From NCBI GenBank assembly GCA_964388035.1, contig CAYLZE010000003.1, positions 32,001 to 96,000 of the forward strand: a DNA stretch of 64,000 nucleotides, in the 5' to 3' direction. This document shows, piece by piece, positions 41,104-50,697 of this stretch. Made by a program: the position numbers and the translations under genes. The notes beneath the pieces were generated by a model. It was not told where the DNA came from and made no database searches. It worked only from the letters and a program-made list of their open reading frames with translations. Position 1 is the first letter of the stretch. Each line of letters begins with the position of its first letter. Source of the stretch: an uncultured archaeon. Lineage in GTDB: Archaea > Asgardarchaeota > Lokiarchaeia > Sigyniarchaeales > SOKP01.

Positions 41104-42249
41104 ATGCGGTTCATATCCAAAGTAAAATTGGACTCCTTGCTTCAATTCATGGAAGCAGAGGGCATAGATTCATTACTCATTATAGATTTAGCCTATTTGG
41201 TTAAGGATGTTAATCTTAGATATTTAAGCGGTCATCCTTGCGATGCAGCTTTAATCTTGAAAAGCTCAGGAGAGATGATACTATTTCCATGGGATTATGC
41301 TCTTGCTAAAGAGTATTCTGAAGTGGATTCAATAGCAGATTTAAGCACTATTAATAATAATTGGAAGCTTGCTGTATCAGAGTTTTTTAAAGAAAATTAT
41401 CCCAGGAAAAAGCCAATTGTTGGAGTAATGGATTTTCTCCCTTATAATCTATTTCAAGAATTTACTTCTCTTCCGGTTATCGAGCTTTATAAAAAACCTA
41501 ATATAATAACTAATTTTCTCAATAATTTACGGGTCACTAAAAGTGAAATAGAACTTAAATTTATTAAAGAAGCAATGGAAATAGGAAATCGACTACTAAA
41601 AAATATTCACGAAGAAATTGAAAAAAATATTCTACAAACAGAGTTAGAATTTGCGAGTTTCATTTTTAATAAAATGAAGGAATATGGAGCAGAAGATCAT
41701 GCTTTTCCTGCAAGTGTCGCTAATATTACTCGTTCCCATCATTATCATGCTTTTCCTCCTGTCACTTTACAGAAATTCAAGCAAAAGGGCTTAGCAATAA
41801 TTGATTTTGGAGCGCAAGTAAATGGTTATTGTTCTAATATAACCTTACCCATAAGTTTTGGGAAACTCTCAGAAAAACAGAATAAAATGAAAAATACGGT
41901 TATCAAAGCATTCGAAAATGCTGTTGAAGCAATACATGTTGGAGTTAAAGTTTCCGAAATAGAAAAAGTAGTAGCAAACGTAATAAATACAGCAGGATTC
42001 AAACATAATATTGCAGTGGGCCATGGTTTAGGATTAACTCCATTAGAAGCTCCAAGAATAAGAAAGGCTCCTGCAACTTCTCAAAAAAAAGAAGGCTGGA
42101 AAGATTATAAATTTAAAAATGGAATGGTTTTCACCATTGAACCTGCAATTTATTCAAAAGGGGAAGGAGGAGTAAGACTCAAAAATGATTTTTTCATTCA
42201 AAATAATAAGTTGTATATGGGAACAAAATCCCAGTTTTGGCAATTTTAA
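41104..42249 (+). CDS. M24 (Xaa-Pro peptidase) family protein with degenerate metal ligands
   Basis: NLRYLSG, R.TKSE.E, IDFG, GHGLGL, GMVFTIEP; YCSNIT and RLKND deviate from consensus. Confidence 0.85.
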   Translation: MRFISKVKLDSLLQFMEAEGIDSLLIIDLAYLVKDVNLRYLSGHPCDAALILKSSGEMILFPWDYALAKEYSEVDSIADLSTINNNWKLAVSEFFKENYPRKKPIVGVMDFLPYNLFQEFTSLPVIELYKKPNIITNFLNNLRVTKSEIELKFIKEAMEIGNRLLKNIHEEIEKNILQTELEFASFIFNKMKEYGAEDHAFPASVANITRSHHYHAFPPVTLQKFKQKGLAIIDFGAQVNGYCSNITLPISFGKLSEKQNKMKNTVIKAFENAVEAIHVGVKVSEIEKVVANVINTAGFKHNIAVGHGLGLTPLEAPRIRKAPATSQKKEGWKDYKFKNGMVFTIEPAIYSKGEGGVRLKNDFFIQNNKLYMGTKSQFWQF

Positions 42250-42366
42250 TATCATTTAAAAAGTAATGGATAAAGGATAATATAATAATAAAATATCGAT
42301 AATTAGCATAGATTCAGAAATCAGTAGTAAATTATATTGAAAAAGAAAAATAATTTAAATAATAGA

Positions 42367-42930
42367 ATGTCAAAAATTAAAATTCGATTAGGACCCTATT
42401 TATATCCGATGCCAGTTGTTCTTGTTGGAGCAATTGTTGAAGAAAAAGCTAATTTCATGCCAATTGCGTGGACTTGCATTGTTGAACATCACCCTCCATC
42501 CATTTTAATTTCATCCTCAAGGACTCATCATACAAATAAAGGAATATTAGAAAAAGGGACTTTCAGTATCAATACTCCTTCTGAAGAAATGGTGGTAAAG
42601 GCAGATTATTGTGGTTTATTCACGGGAAGAGATACCAATAAATCTGATATTTTCGAGGTTTTTTATGGTGATCTAAAGACTGCTCCATTGATAAGGGAAT
42701 CACCCTTAAATCTTGAATGTAGGTTAGTAAATCATTTCGATTATAAAAACCACATTATCTTTATTGGAGAAATTGTACAAGCATATGCAGAGGAAGCATG
42801 TATAACGAATAATATACCCGATATGGAGAAAATGAATCCTTATGTTTTTTCAATGAATGATAATAATTATTGGAAAATAGGAGAATGTATCGGGAAAGCG
42901 TGGAAAATAGGAAAAAATTATGAAAAATGA
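42367..42930 (+). CDS. Flavin reductase family protein
   Basis: YPMPVVLVG, NFMPIAW, TFSIN.P, APLIRESPLNLEC, HIIFIGEI. Confidence 0.88.
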   Translation: MSKIKIRLGPYLYPMPVVLVGAIVEEKANFMPIAWTCIVEHHPPSILISSSRTHHTNKGILEKGTFSINTPSEEMVVKADYCGLFTGRDTNKSDIFEVFYGDLKTAPLIRESPLNLECRLVNHFDYKNHIIFIGEIVQAYAEEACITNNIPDMEKMNPYVFSMNDNNYWKIGECIGKAWKIGKNYEK

Positions 42931-42983
42931 TAAGATTCGTTAAATAAAATAAATTAAAGAGTTATTAACTGGTTCTAAATTTT

Positions 42984-43673
42984 TCAATTATTTCCTTTAT
43001 AAGGGTTCTGTTTCAACTTTTTATTTGTTCCGTATTTCCTGGCTTGTAATTTCCAGCCAAAATCACCTATAAGCTTGTAAATTGTTGGAGCTATTATTGA
43101 TTTCCCCGCATAATCAATAGCTTCTTTAGAAATAATCTTTCCCTGAGCAAGATTTAAAGCTGCAAGTTCAAGACCTCTAATAATATTTCTTGCCATCCCC
43201 TTAATTCTCTCTAGAGGACGTCCACTCAATGCGCCACCTCCACCAATTGCTAATCCGCCTCGCCAAGTTAGACCTACTTGTTTAGCAAATAATTCACATA
43301 TTTTCAAGGCGGTATTGTTTTGTAAGGATTCTGGAAATCCACTATTTATAATCGCACAAAATCCTTTTCCCCGAAAGCGAGCTTTAATATTAAGATCTTG
43401 ATCATAAATTAATTCAAAAGTCTTTATAACCAAAGCAGGTAAACTATCTACATATAAGGGAGAAGAAAGAATTATTAAATCTGACTCTAAAATTTTAGAA
43501 ATTAATAAATCTTGATTTTGCTTTCTAAAAGTCATTCGATACACATATTCTTTTTCGCTAGTAAATCCCTGTTGTTCTAATTCAGAAAGCATAAAATTTC
43601 CAAGCGATTCTGAAGTACTTTTTTCCAACCGTGGACTTCCTACGAGTAATAAAACTTTTTTAGGAATTTTCAA
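42984..43673 (-). CDS. Flavodoxin-like NAD(P)H-dependent oxidoreductase
   Basis: LVGSPR...STS, SPLYVDSLPA, NSGFPE; TTG start after GAGGTG; overlaps upstream gene. Confidence 0.82.
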   Translation of the reverse strand: MKIPKKVLLLVGSPRLEKSTSESLGNFMLSELEQQGFTSEKEYVYRMTFRKQNQDLLISKILESDLIILSSPLYVDSLPALVIKTFELIYDQDLNIKARFRGKGFCAIINSGFPESLQNNTALKICELFAKQVGLTWRGGLAIGGGGALSGRPLERIKGMARNIIRGLELAALNLAQGKIISKEAIDYAGKSIIAPTIYKLIGDFGWKLQARKYGTNKKLKQNPYKGNN

Positions 43674-44247
43674 TTAGCACCTCTATTTGATTTAAAATAT
43701 CATTAAAATTCTTTATGATGAAATCCATAGCTTGTCCTTTAACAAATATTAGGACTTCATGAATAGGAGCTAACATGTTTATTGAATTTCGATATATTAA
43801 TTCTTTGAAAACCGCTTCTTGTTCTTTATCAGGTTCCGTTAAAAAGCCCATAACTATGATAGAGGCTCGTTTTTCATATCTCTGTTTATGATGGACTTCA
43901 CCCTTAATTTTCTTAAAGAAGGGAAGGATGTTGGGAATGAATCTATCCATTACCTTTTTCATTTCTGAAGAATAACCTCCGAAGGTTATCTCTGTCAAAT
44001 GGATAATTAGATCACTTTGAACCATATATTTGGCAATATCTCGCCCTTCATCGTGAATTTTACATTCTCCAGGAGTTTTCAACCAGCAATCAAAACAGCC
44101 TTGACAAGGAGCCACTTTCTTTTCTCGGAGCAAATTGGAATTAACATTCCAATTATTACTTTCAAGGACATTGATAATATTAGAATAAATCGCGTTAATC
44201 TCGGCATCTTCTTTTCTGGTTCCATTCAAAATTAAAGCATTTTTCAT
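43660..44247 (-). CDS. Iron-sulfur flavoprotein / flavodoxin family protein
   Basis: PCQGCFDCWLKTPGEC, ITFGGYS..MK..MDR.IP, HH..RY. Confidence 0.85.
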   Translation of the reverse strand: MKNALILNGTRKEDAEINAIYSNIINVLESNNWNVNSNLLREKKVAPCQGCFDCWLKTPGECKIHDEGRDIAKYMVQSDLIIHLTEITFGGYSSEMKKVMDRFIPNILPFFKKIKGEVHHKQRYEKRASIIVMGFLTEPDKEQEAVFKELIYRNSINMLAPIHEVLIFVKGQAMDFIIKNFNDILNQIEVLIENS

Positions 44248-44280
44248 AATTTTTTTTTCACACAATTTGATTAGATTTAT

Positions 44281-44778
44281 TCATTGGTTAGATATACGAG
44301 GAATCCATTTAGGAACTTTCTTTTTATGTATTAAATACTCCTCCCCAAAAAGAGTTTCTAATATTTTTTCTTCAAAATTAACCATTTTATTATAAATAAG
44401 GAAAACGATTACAAAAATAGCAATGCTTATCAGTGAAATCGAAAGACAAATCAAGGAAATATAAATCAAGAGAAAACCAAGATACATGGGATTTCTAATA
44501 TGGGCGAGAATCCCTTCATTAATTAGAGTCTTTGGAGCTTCGTGGTTTTTAAATAATGTTTTATGGGATAAATAAATTAAGATAAAAGCTAAAATCAAGA
44601 ACATAGAAAATATAATTATCCGTATTAGGAATGGAACAAAATCATTTAAAAAAATCGAGATTTTAAAAAATTGAGTATCTAAAAACCATGTTATAACAAA
44701 TACAATGGGAAGAAGTGCATGCAAAAAATGAGAATTCTTCATTTCCCTTTCTTTATCAGACAAGTGAATTGAGGCCAT
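44281..44778 (-). CDS. PEMT/ICMT family membrane methyltransferase
   Basis: LINEG...HIRNPMYLG, FEEKIL...FGEEY..HKKKVPKWIP. Confidence 0.85.
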   Translation of the reverse strand: MASIHLSDKEREMKNSHFLHALLPIVFVITWFLDTQFFKISIFLNDFVPFLIRIIIFSMFLILAFILIYLSHKTLFKNHEAPKTLINEGILAHIRNPMYLGFLLIYISLICLSISLISIAIFVIVFLIYNKMVNFEEKILETLFGEEYLIHKKKVPKWIPRISNQ

Positions 44779-45057
44779 TTTAATTTCACCCTATATTTAC
44801 CTAATGAATTTATTATAAGCAATTAATAAAAAATATTAATAATTATTTGTTTTTTTAAAAACTCTCCATAAAATGTTGAATTGATTCTCTGAAATAATTT
44901 AACCAATTAACTAATATGAGATAGTGCGTTTTTAAAATTAAAAAAGAATTGTAGTCCAATATTTACATGTCAAATTAATAGCATTGATATTTTCATAAGA
45001 GAATTCAGAGCCTAATTTTAAAAAAGCTAAAAAGAATTAAAAATCGAAAAGTAATAC

Positions 45058-45366
45058 TTAGAAATTCCATAAATACTTCTTCAAATTAATAGAATTATCT
45101 CTATTAAAAATTATTCCTTCTTTTTCTAAAAGATTCTTTTGTAACTCTCCGCCTCTATTTGGAGGTAGGGAAATTTTTCCTTTACTATTTATAACTCTAT
45201 GCCAAGGCAATACATCTTTTCTAGAGCTCGAATGTAAAATCCAAGCAACTTGACGTGCTGCCCTTGAATTGCCAGCAAGCTTGGCAATTTGGCCATAAGT
45301 TGCAATCTTTCCCCTGGGAATTTGCTTAATAACTTGTTTTACTTGAGATGTAAAAGAAGCCATCAT
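45058..45366 (-). CDS. Alkyltransferase-like (ATL, MGMT family) DNA repair protein
   Basis: IPRGKIATYGQIA, AARQVAW, PWHRVINS (Trp in place of catalytic Cys). Confidence 0.9.
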   Translation of the reverse strand: MMASFTSQVKQVIKQIPRGKIATYGQIAKLAGNSRAARQVAWILHSSSRKDVLPWHRVINSKGKISLPPNRGGELQKNLLEKEGIIFNRDNSINLKKYLWNF

Positions 45367-45446
45367 AATATTAACCCATAGAGATTAGTTGCTTGATTTA
45401 ATACGATAATTTCTCCAAAAATAAAACATTTTGTATTAATTATATA

Positions 45447-45968
45447 TTAGATTCCTTCTAACTTATTGATTTTTTGAATAATTTCTCTCGCAATTTGATC
45501 GGGAGATTTATTATAGCAAGAGATTTTAACATGGGCATATTTATTATAGAGAGGAACACGTTCATTATATAAGCATTTTATGTTTTTTGATTTTAAACCA
45601 ACAATTCCTCTTGATTCTTTGTTGTCTAAGCGCTCTTCTAATTCTTTCAAGGGTACATCCAAGAAGACAATGTAGGAATCTTTTTTTAGAGCATTCATTA
45701 TTTTTTCTGAATAAATGATACTCCCTCCTGGTGCTAGAACGTGTTTAGTTAAAGGCAATAGTTCAAAAATTCTTTTTTCTTCCATGGAACAAAAATTAAT
45801 ATCCCCTAACTCATTTATTAATTGCTGTAGTTTCTTATTTTCCTTGTTTTCAATGTATTGATCCGTATCAATAAAAGTATAATTATAATGTTGAGCGACT
45901 AACTTGCCAATTGTAGATTTTCCCGACGAGGGCATTCCAATTAAGAGAATATTATCCTTTTTTAACAT
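45447..45968 (-). CDS. aroK: Shikimate kinase (bacterial NMP-kinase type)
   Basis: IGMPSSGKSTIG, FIDTD, APGGS, ERVPLY. Confidence 0.88.
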   Translation of the reverse strand: MLKKDNILLIGMPSSGKSTIGKLVAQHYNYTFIDTDQYIENKENKKLQQLINELGDINFCSMEEKRIFELLPLTKHVLAPGGSIIYSEKIMNALKKDSYIVFLDVPLKELEERLDNKESRGIVGLKSKNIKCLYNERVPLYNKYAHVKISCYNKSPDQIAREIIQKINKLEGI

Positions 45969-46094
45969 TGTGAAGTATCTTAATATATCTCAATTTTTTA
46001 GCTTGAATAATTATAAAAATGAAAAATTCAGTTTAGTTTTTTCCTAATTATCTAAAATAATTAATTTGATCTTCCTAAGCACGTGTTAGATTTC

Positions 46095-46604
46095 TTACCA
46101 TCGAGATTTTTCAATTAATTCTACTAATTTTGATTTTAAATCTTCAATCCCTTCTCCCGTTTTAGCAGAAGTTTTTAGCCATTGAACGGGACGTTCTTTA
46201 ATCAGAGGCAATTTTAACGTTCCTCGAGCTTTAACATAATTTGCCTGAGCATCTTCCAAGTCCATTTTATGAAAACATACCATCAAAGGAATACCACGAG
46301 TATTCAAGTTATTTACAACGTTATCTAACTCCTTCTTTGCTTCATCAAATCGAATTGCATCAGAAGTATCTAAAACAAACAAGAAAATTGAAGTTCCTGG
46401 AAAACCTGAGGACCAACTATCTCTATATGATTTTTGTCCTGGAGCATCCCATACTACACATTCAATAGATTTAATTATCATTTGGTCAATATTAAACGCT
46501 CTTGTTGCTTCTGGATTTTCCAAAAAGCTATCATCCTTAATATACTTGCATAAAGTGGTTTTTCCTGCATTTTCAAGTCCAAATAAAAATATTTTATCAT
46601 CCAT
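46095..46604 (-). CDS. Arf-like small GTPase
   Basis: G1 GLENAGKT, G2 T (ATRAF), G3 WDAPGQ, G4 HKMD, G5 SAK. Confidence 0.92.
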   Translation of the reverse strand: MDDKIFLFGLENAGKTTLCKYIKDDSFLENPEATRAFNIDQMIIKSIECVVWDAPGQKSYRDSWSSGFPGTSIFLFVLDTSDAIRFDEAKKELDNVVNNLNTRGIPLMVCFHKMDLEDAQANYVKARGTLKLPLIKERPVQWLKTSAKTGEGIEDLKSKLVELIEKSRW

Positions 46605-46828
46605 TTTTAATCTCGATTAATTTTATTTTTTATATCTTAATAAATTGAACTTAATAATATAAAAGAACCATGCATGATAATTATGAAGTACTGATTTTAC
46701 TCTTGAGCGGGCGTTATTCCCGACTTTTAATTAATTTCCTTGGAAAAAAATGGTTTAAGTCGTTAAAAAAAAGAATATAAATTGAAAAGAGTTATTAACA
46801 ATAAAGAAATGAAAAACTTTTTTTAACG

Positions 46829-47272
46829 ATGAATGAAAAGTCATTAAATAATAGCAAAATCATTAAAATCTTTACTGATGGTGCGGCTCGGGGTAATCCA
46901 GGACCCGCAGCGAGTAGTTTTATTATAGTTGAAGATCGTGATATTATAAAAAAAGGTAGTGAATTCATTGGAACGGCAACTAACAATATCGCAGAATATA
47001 AAGCCATTATTTTAGCATTAAAATCTGCAAAAAAATTCATTAAAAATCCCATTCAAGTATATTCAGACAGCAATCTTGCGATCCAGCAAATCAATGGAAA
47101 TTGGAAAATTAATGTTCCTCACCTCTTAGAACTTCATAAGACCGTAATCGGATTAGTGAAGGATTACAAAAAAGTTGAATTCATCCATGTTAATCGTGAG
47201 AATAAGTATATTCAAAAATGTGATAAAGCGTGTAATATTATATTAAACAAAAAAGCTGCTTCCCTTAAGTAA
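46829..47272 (+). CDS. rnhA: Ribonuclease HI (archaeal/actinobacterial type)
   Basis: FTDGAARGNPGPA, TNNIAEY, YSDS.L..QQING, HVNRE.N. Confidence 0.92.
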   Translation: MNEKSLNNSKIIKIFTDGAARGNPGPAASSFIIVEDRDIIKKGSEFIGTATNNIAEYKAIILALKSAKKFIKNPIQVYSDSNLAIQQINGNWKINVPHLLELHKTVIGLVKDYKKVEFIHVNRENKYIQKCDKACNIILNKKAASLK

Positions 47273-47321
47273 TTCAAGCAACACGCTTCATTTATTGTTT
47301 AAAAAAATGGATTTATGAAGA

Positions 47322-48569
47322 TCAATAATATTCTTTATTAAATTCTTCAATAGCTTCAAACATGGCAACGATGTTCTGGGGAGGGACATCCGGTAATATA
47401 TTATGAATTGTATTCCACACATATCCTCCACCAGGAGCAAAAATTTCTAATAACTCTTTCACGTGCTTCTTAACATCATTGGGAGATTTTATTGGTAATA
47501 CATTTCGAGTATCAACACCACCACCCCAAAAAGTTAAATCATCACCATAATTTTCTTTTAAAAACTTTGGATCCATATTTTTTGCATTAATTTGAACGGG
47601 GTTTAAAATATCGATTCCCACTTCGATTAAATCGGGAATCAGAGGTGTTATAGAGCCACAACTATGCAAAAATATTTTCACATTTGATTTTTTTTTAATA
47701 TAATCACAAACTTCTTCGAGACGGGGTTTAAAAAACTTTCGGAATAATCGAGGACTAAAAATGGGCCCTTTATTTTCCCCATAATCATCTCCAATAGTAA
47801 TTACATCTATTAGATTATCTAGTGATTTTAAAGATAGGAAAAGAGAAGTCAATTGAAACTCTAATAATACATCTAGAAATTTTTCAAATTTCTGAGGGTG
47901 TCGTATCATGTATACTAATACTTTATCCATTGGTTTTAAAGATGTACCAAATTGAAAAAAGCTCACGCTGGATGAAAAAACTAAAGCTTTGTCGGTCAAC
48001 TTTTTTAATTCCGTGACTTCTCGCCTTAATGTTTTCCAAAATCCTTTTTCGGATAAATGGTCAAATGGAGGAGGGGCTAAATCCAATCCGTTTCTTGATA
48101 ATGCTTTAAATAATTCATTTATATCTTGGGGAAGATCGTCATGTTCACATGGGAAGAAAGTTTGATCGATAACTAATGCTGCTTTGGACATTGATGCCAA
48201 TTTCGTACCATCTGGGTGGAATACATCAATAGAACCATCTTCATTGAATTGAGGCTTGAATCCTTTAGGAAATTGAGCAGGAATTCCGTTAACCGATACA
48301 TCATACCAATCCTCATTACTTGTGTTGAATACACGTCCAATATCCATGGTATCAACGTGAAAGTAATTTAATATAGATTCTTCTGGATAAGCTAATTGTT
48401 GCATTACATCATATATACGTGCATGCCCACCCTTCATGTTTAAATATTTCTTTAAATTATGGTATGCAATTGCAGAAATCCCTGTTTGAGGGGTAGAGCC
48501 AAGGTCAATTGGTACTCTATCGGGCTCCTCGTGGTTAATACTTTTTAATATTCTTTCTCGGGAATTCAT
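47322..48569 (-). CDS. Uroporphyrinogen decarboxylase / MtaA-CmuA superfamily protein
   Basis: MNSRER...HEEPDRVPID, GDDYG, LHSCG, LNPVQ, FWGGGVD, HNILPDVP. Confidence 0.88.
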   Translation of the reverse strand: MNSRERILKSINHEEPDRVPIDLGSTPQTGISAIAYHNLKKYLNMKGGHARIYDVMQQLAYPEESILNYFHVDTMDIGRVFNTSNEDWYDVSVNGIPAQFPKGFKPQFNEDGSIDVFHPDGTKLASMSKAALVIDQTFFPCEHDDLPQDINELFKALSRNGLDLAPPPFDHLSEKGFWKTLRREVTELKKLTDKALVFSSSVSFFQFGTSLKPMDKVLVYMIRHPQKFEKFLDVLLEFQLTSLFLSLKSLDNLIDVITIGDDYGENKGPIFSPRLFRKFFKPRLEEVCDYIKKKSNVKIFLHSCGSITPLIPDLIEVGIDILNPVQINAKNMDPKFLKENYGDDLTFWGGGVDTRNVLPIKSPNDVKKHVKELLEIFAPGGGYVWNTIHNILPDVPPQNIVAMFEAIEEFNKEYY

Positions 48570-48774
48570 AATTATTAACTCATAATTTCAAAAAGTTTAC
48601 TCCTTTTTTTTATTTTTTGTAGTTTTGTATAAATAGCTTTATACCTCCATATCTTATTTACATTATAAGTGTTTTTAAAAGATTACGTATCGATATTTTT
48701 TAGATGAAATTATAGATGTTTTTCAACATTTACTTTCTTTATTGTTCAAGAATTCTTCTAATACGATAAGAAAT

Positions 48775-49665
48775 TTAAATATCAAATGGAATTATATTCA
48801 AATCATTTAATAGCTTTTGAAGTTTTTTGTTGATGAATTGGCGTTCGTCGGTTTGCCATGGATGGAAGGAAGGTTTCAAGAATGACTTAAGCTTAAAAAC
48901 AAGCCCTTTTATTATTCCTTCCTTTCCTATAAGATATTTTAGAAATTTCATGCGATGGTGATTGTCCCATTTCCCATCTCTCCTCATCAAGTAGCGGAAT
49001 CGTATAAAAATACCGTACATTAAATCTATAGTTATAAAAAGAAAACCAAGCATCCGTCCAAAGTAATTTCCAGAAAGATTTTGATAAAGATCAAAGCAGA
49101 CACTCTTATGCTCCAATTCTTCCATGGCATGATAAAGAAGAAGCCCCCGAAAAGGCTGTATTGAATTAATGAGGAATTCTCGTTGAATGTGAGTAAAAAA
49201 AAAGGCCAGAGAAGCAGTATAGTGTTCAGCAGCTGCAGTTATCGCTAGTCGAAATGTTGCAGGTACATATTTTTTAAAACGGGTGCGAAAGCGTTTTATA
49301 TTATGATCATATTTTTCCATGTCCTTATATCCAATATCAACAAGGGCCTTGGTCCATAATGAATGCTGGTGGCTATGGCGAGCCTCTTGCCTAATAAAAA
49401 GATCCATGTCTCTTTTAAGTTGTCGATCAAGCTTTTTCTTCTGAATAATCTGACTAGCCCCATCAAGGGCAGCTTGAATAAAGAATTTTTCTCCCTCTGG
49501 AAATGTTGCCTGTAGTGCATTAAAAAAATGAGTGATGATAGGATCTGTATCATACCAAATTTTATTTTTTTTTAATGGGTCTTGATACGTATAATCAACA
49601 GGACGTACTATAATATGCAAATTATTAGGTCTTAGAGATTTACTTTTGGCCATTTTAACATCCAT
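48775..49665 (-). CDS. Predicted metal-dependent hydrolase / diiron protein
   Basis: FPEGEKFF, QEARH..QH, AEHYTA, HAMEELEHKSV.FD, FHPW. Confidence 0.82.
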   Translation of the reverse strand: MDVKMAKSKSLRPNNLHIIVRPVDYTYQDPLKKNKIWYDTDPIITHFFNALQATFPEGEKFFIQAALDGASQIIQKKKLDRQLKRDMDLFIRQEARHSHQHSLWTKALVDIGYKDMEKYDHNIKRFRTRFKKYVPATFRLAITAAAEHYTASLAFFFTHIQREFLINSIQPFRGLLLYHAMEELEHKSVCFDLYQNLSGNYFGRMLGFLFITIDLMYGIFIRFRYLMRRDGKWDNHHRMKFLKYLIGKEGIIKGLVFKLKSFLKPSFHPWQTDERQFINKKLQKLLNDLNIIPFDI

Positions 49666-50349
49666 CTTTTTACGTTAGAAACAATTTGATGTTCTTAAAC
49701 TAATCAAAAATGCGTTCGGAATCGTTTTTATTCTTTTAAAAGATATTTACAATAAATTTGAAGAAAAAAGGATATTTAAGTTGTTTTCTAATAAATTATT
49801 ATTTACAAACAGGAGTATTAGGAGAATATTAAAACATAAAAGAAAAACAATGGTTTAATATTCTTCAATAAACTTATTCTTATTTGTTAAAGCAAGAGAT
49901 ATGATAAAAAAAACTTGATTCCAAGTTTAAAAATTATGATTAATAATTTGAGATTTTTGAGCAAAAATGAGCTTGGAAGAAGTGTTTTTTTTCAAATATG
50001 TAAACTACTACATAATTAATAAATTTCCTAGTTTTTTTTTAAGATGACGTCTTAAAATCTAATTAGAATCCGCACCTTTTAAGAATTTAAAAAATCTTTC
50101 TCTTGTTCATGAGTTGTGAAAAATTTAGCTACGGTGCAGTTTTCTGAAAATCAATTGTTTACTTGATTTATTTATATTTTATAACAATCCAATAAAAAAT
50201 CCGATTTAGATTGAATTAAAATTCAACTACTTGCTCTTTAAAATATAAGCATTAGATATATGATTCCAAGTGTTTATTTAAAATATAGAAATTAATTTTA
50301 TAAAAAAACACGTGAAATTAGAATTTAAATATAAAGAGAGGTTTATAAA

Positions 50350-50598
50350 ATGACTGAAAATGAAGAACTGGAGTTTGATGAAGAATTAGATACACGAGGT
50401 TTATTTTGCCCAGAACCTTTGTTTGAGGTGCGAAATCTTTCTGAAACTCTTGAAGTAGGACAATGTCTCAAGGTCTTAGCTGATGATCCCGCTGCGGAAG
50501 AAGATTTTAAAAGATGGGCGAAAAGAACAGATACTGAAATTATGAAATTTATAAAAGAAGGAGACGATCTAGTCTTTTACTTTAAGAAGAGAAAGTAA
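50350..50598 (+). CDS. tusA: TusA-family sulfur carrier
   Basis: LDTRGLFCPEP, VLADDPAA..D...W. Confidence 0.92.
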   Translation: MTENEELEFDEELDTRGLFCPEPLFEVRNLSETLEVGQCLKVLADDPAAEEDFKRWAKRTDTEIMKFIKEGDDLVFYFKKRK

Positions 50599-50697
50599 TT
50601 ACGGTGAAAAAATAATGAAAATTATGACAAGCTTTTTAAAATTTGTTTATTCCATCCATTTCTTAGATCGATATATTTTAAAGGGTGAATAATAAAG

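Noticed and set aside
46829-47272. Retroelement suggested by RNase H
   Set aside because: Stand-alone cellular RNase HI with no reverse transcriptase, integrase or repeats
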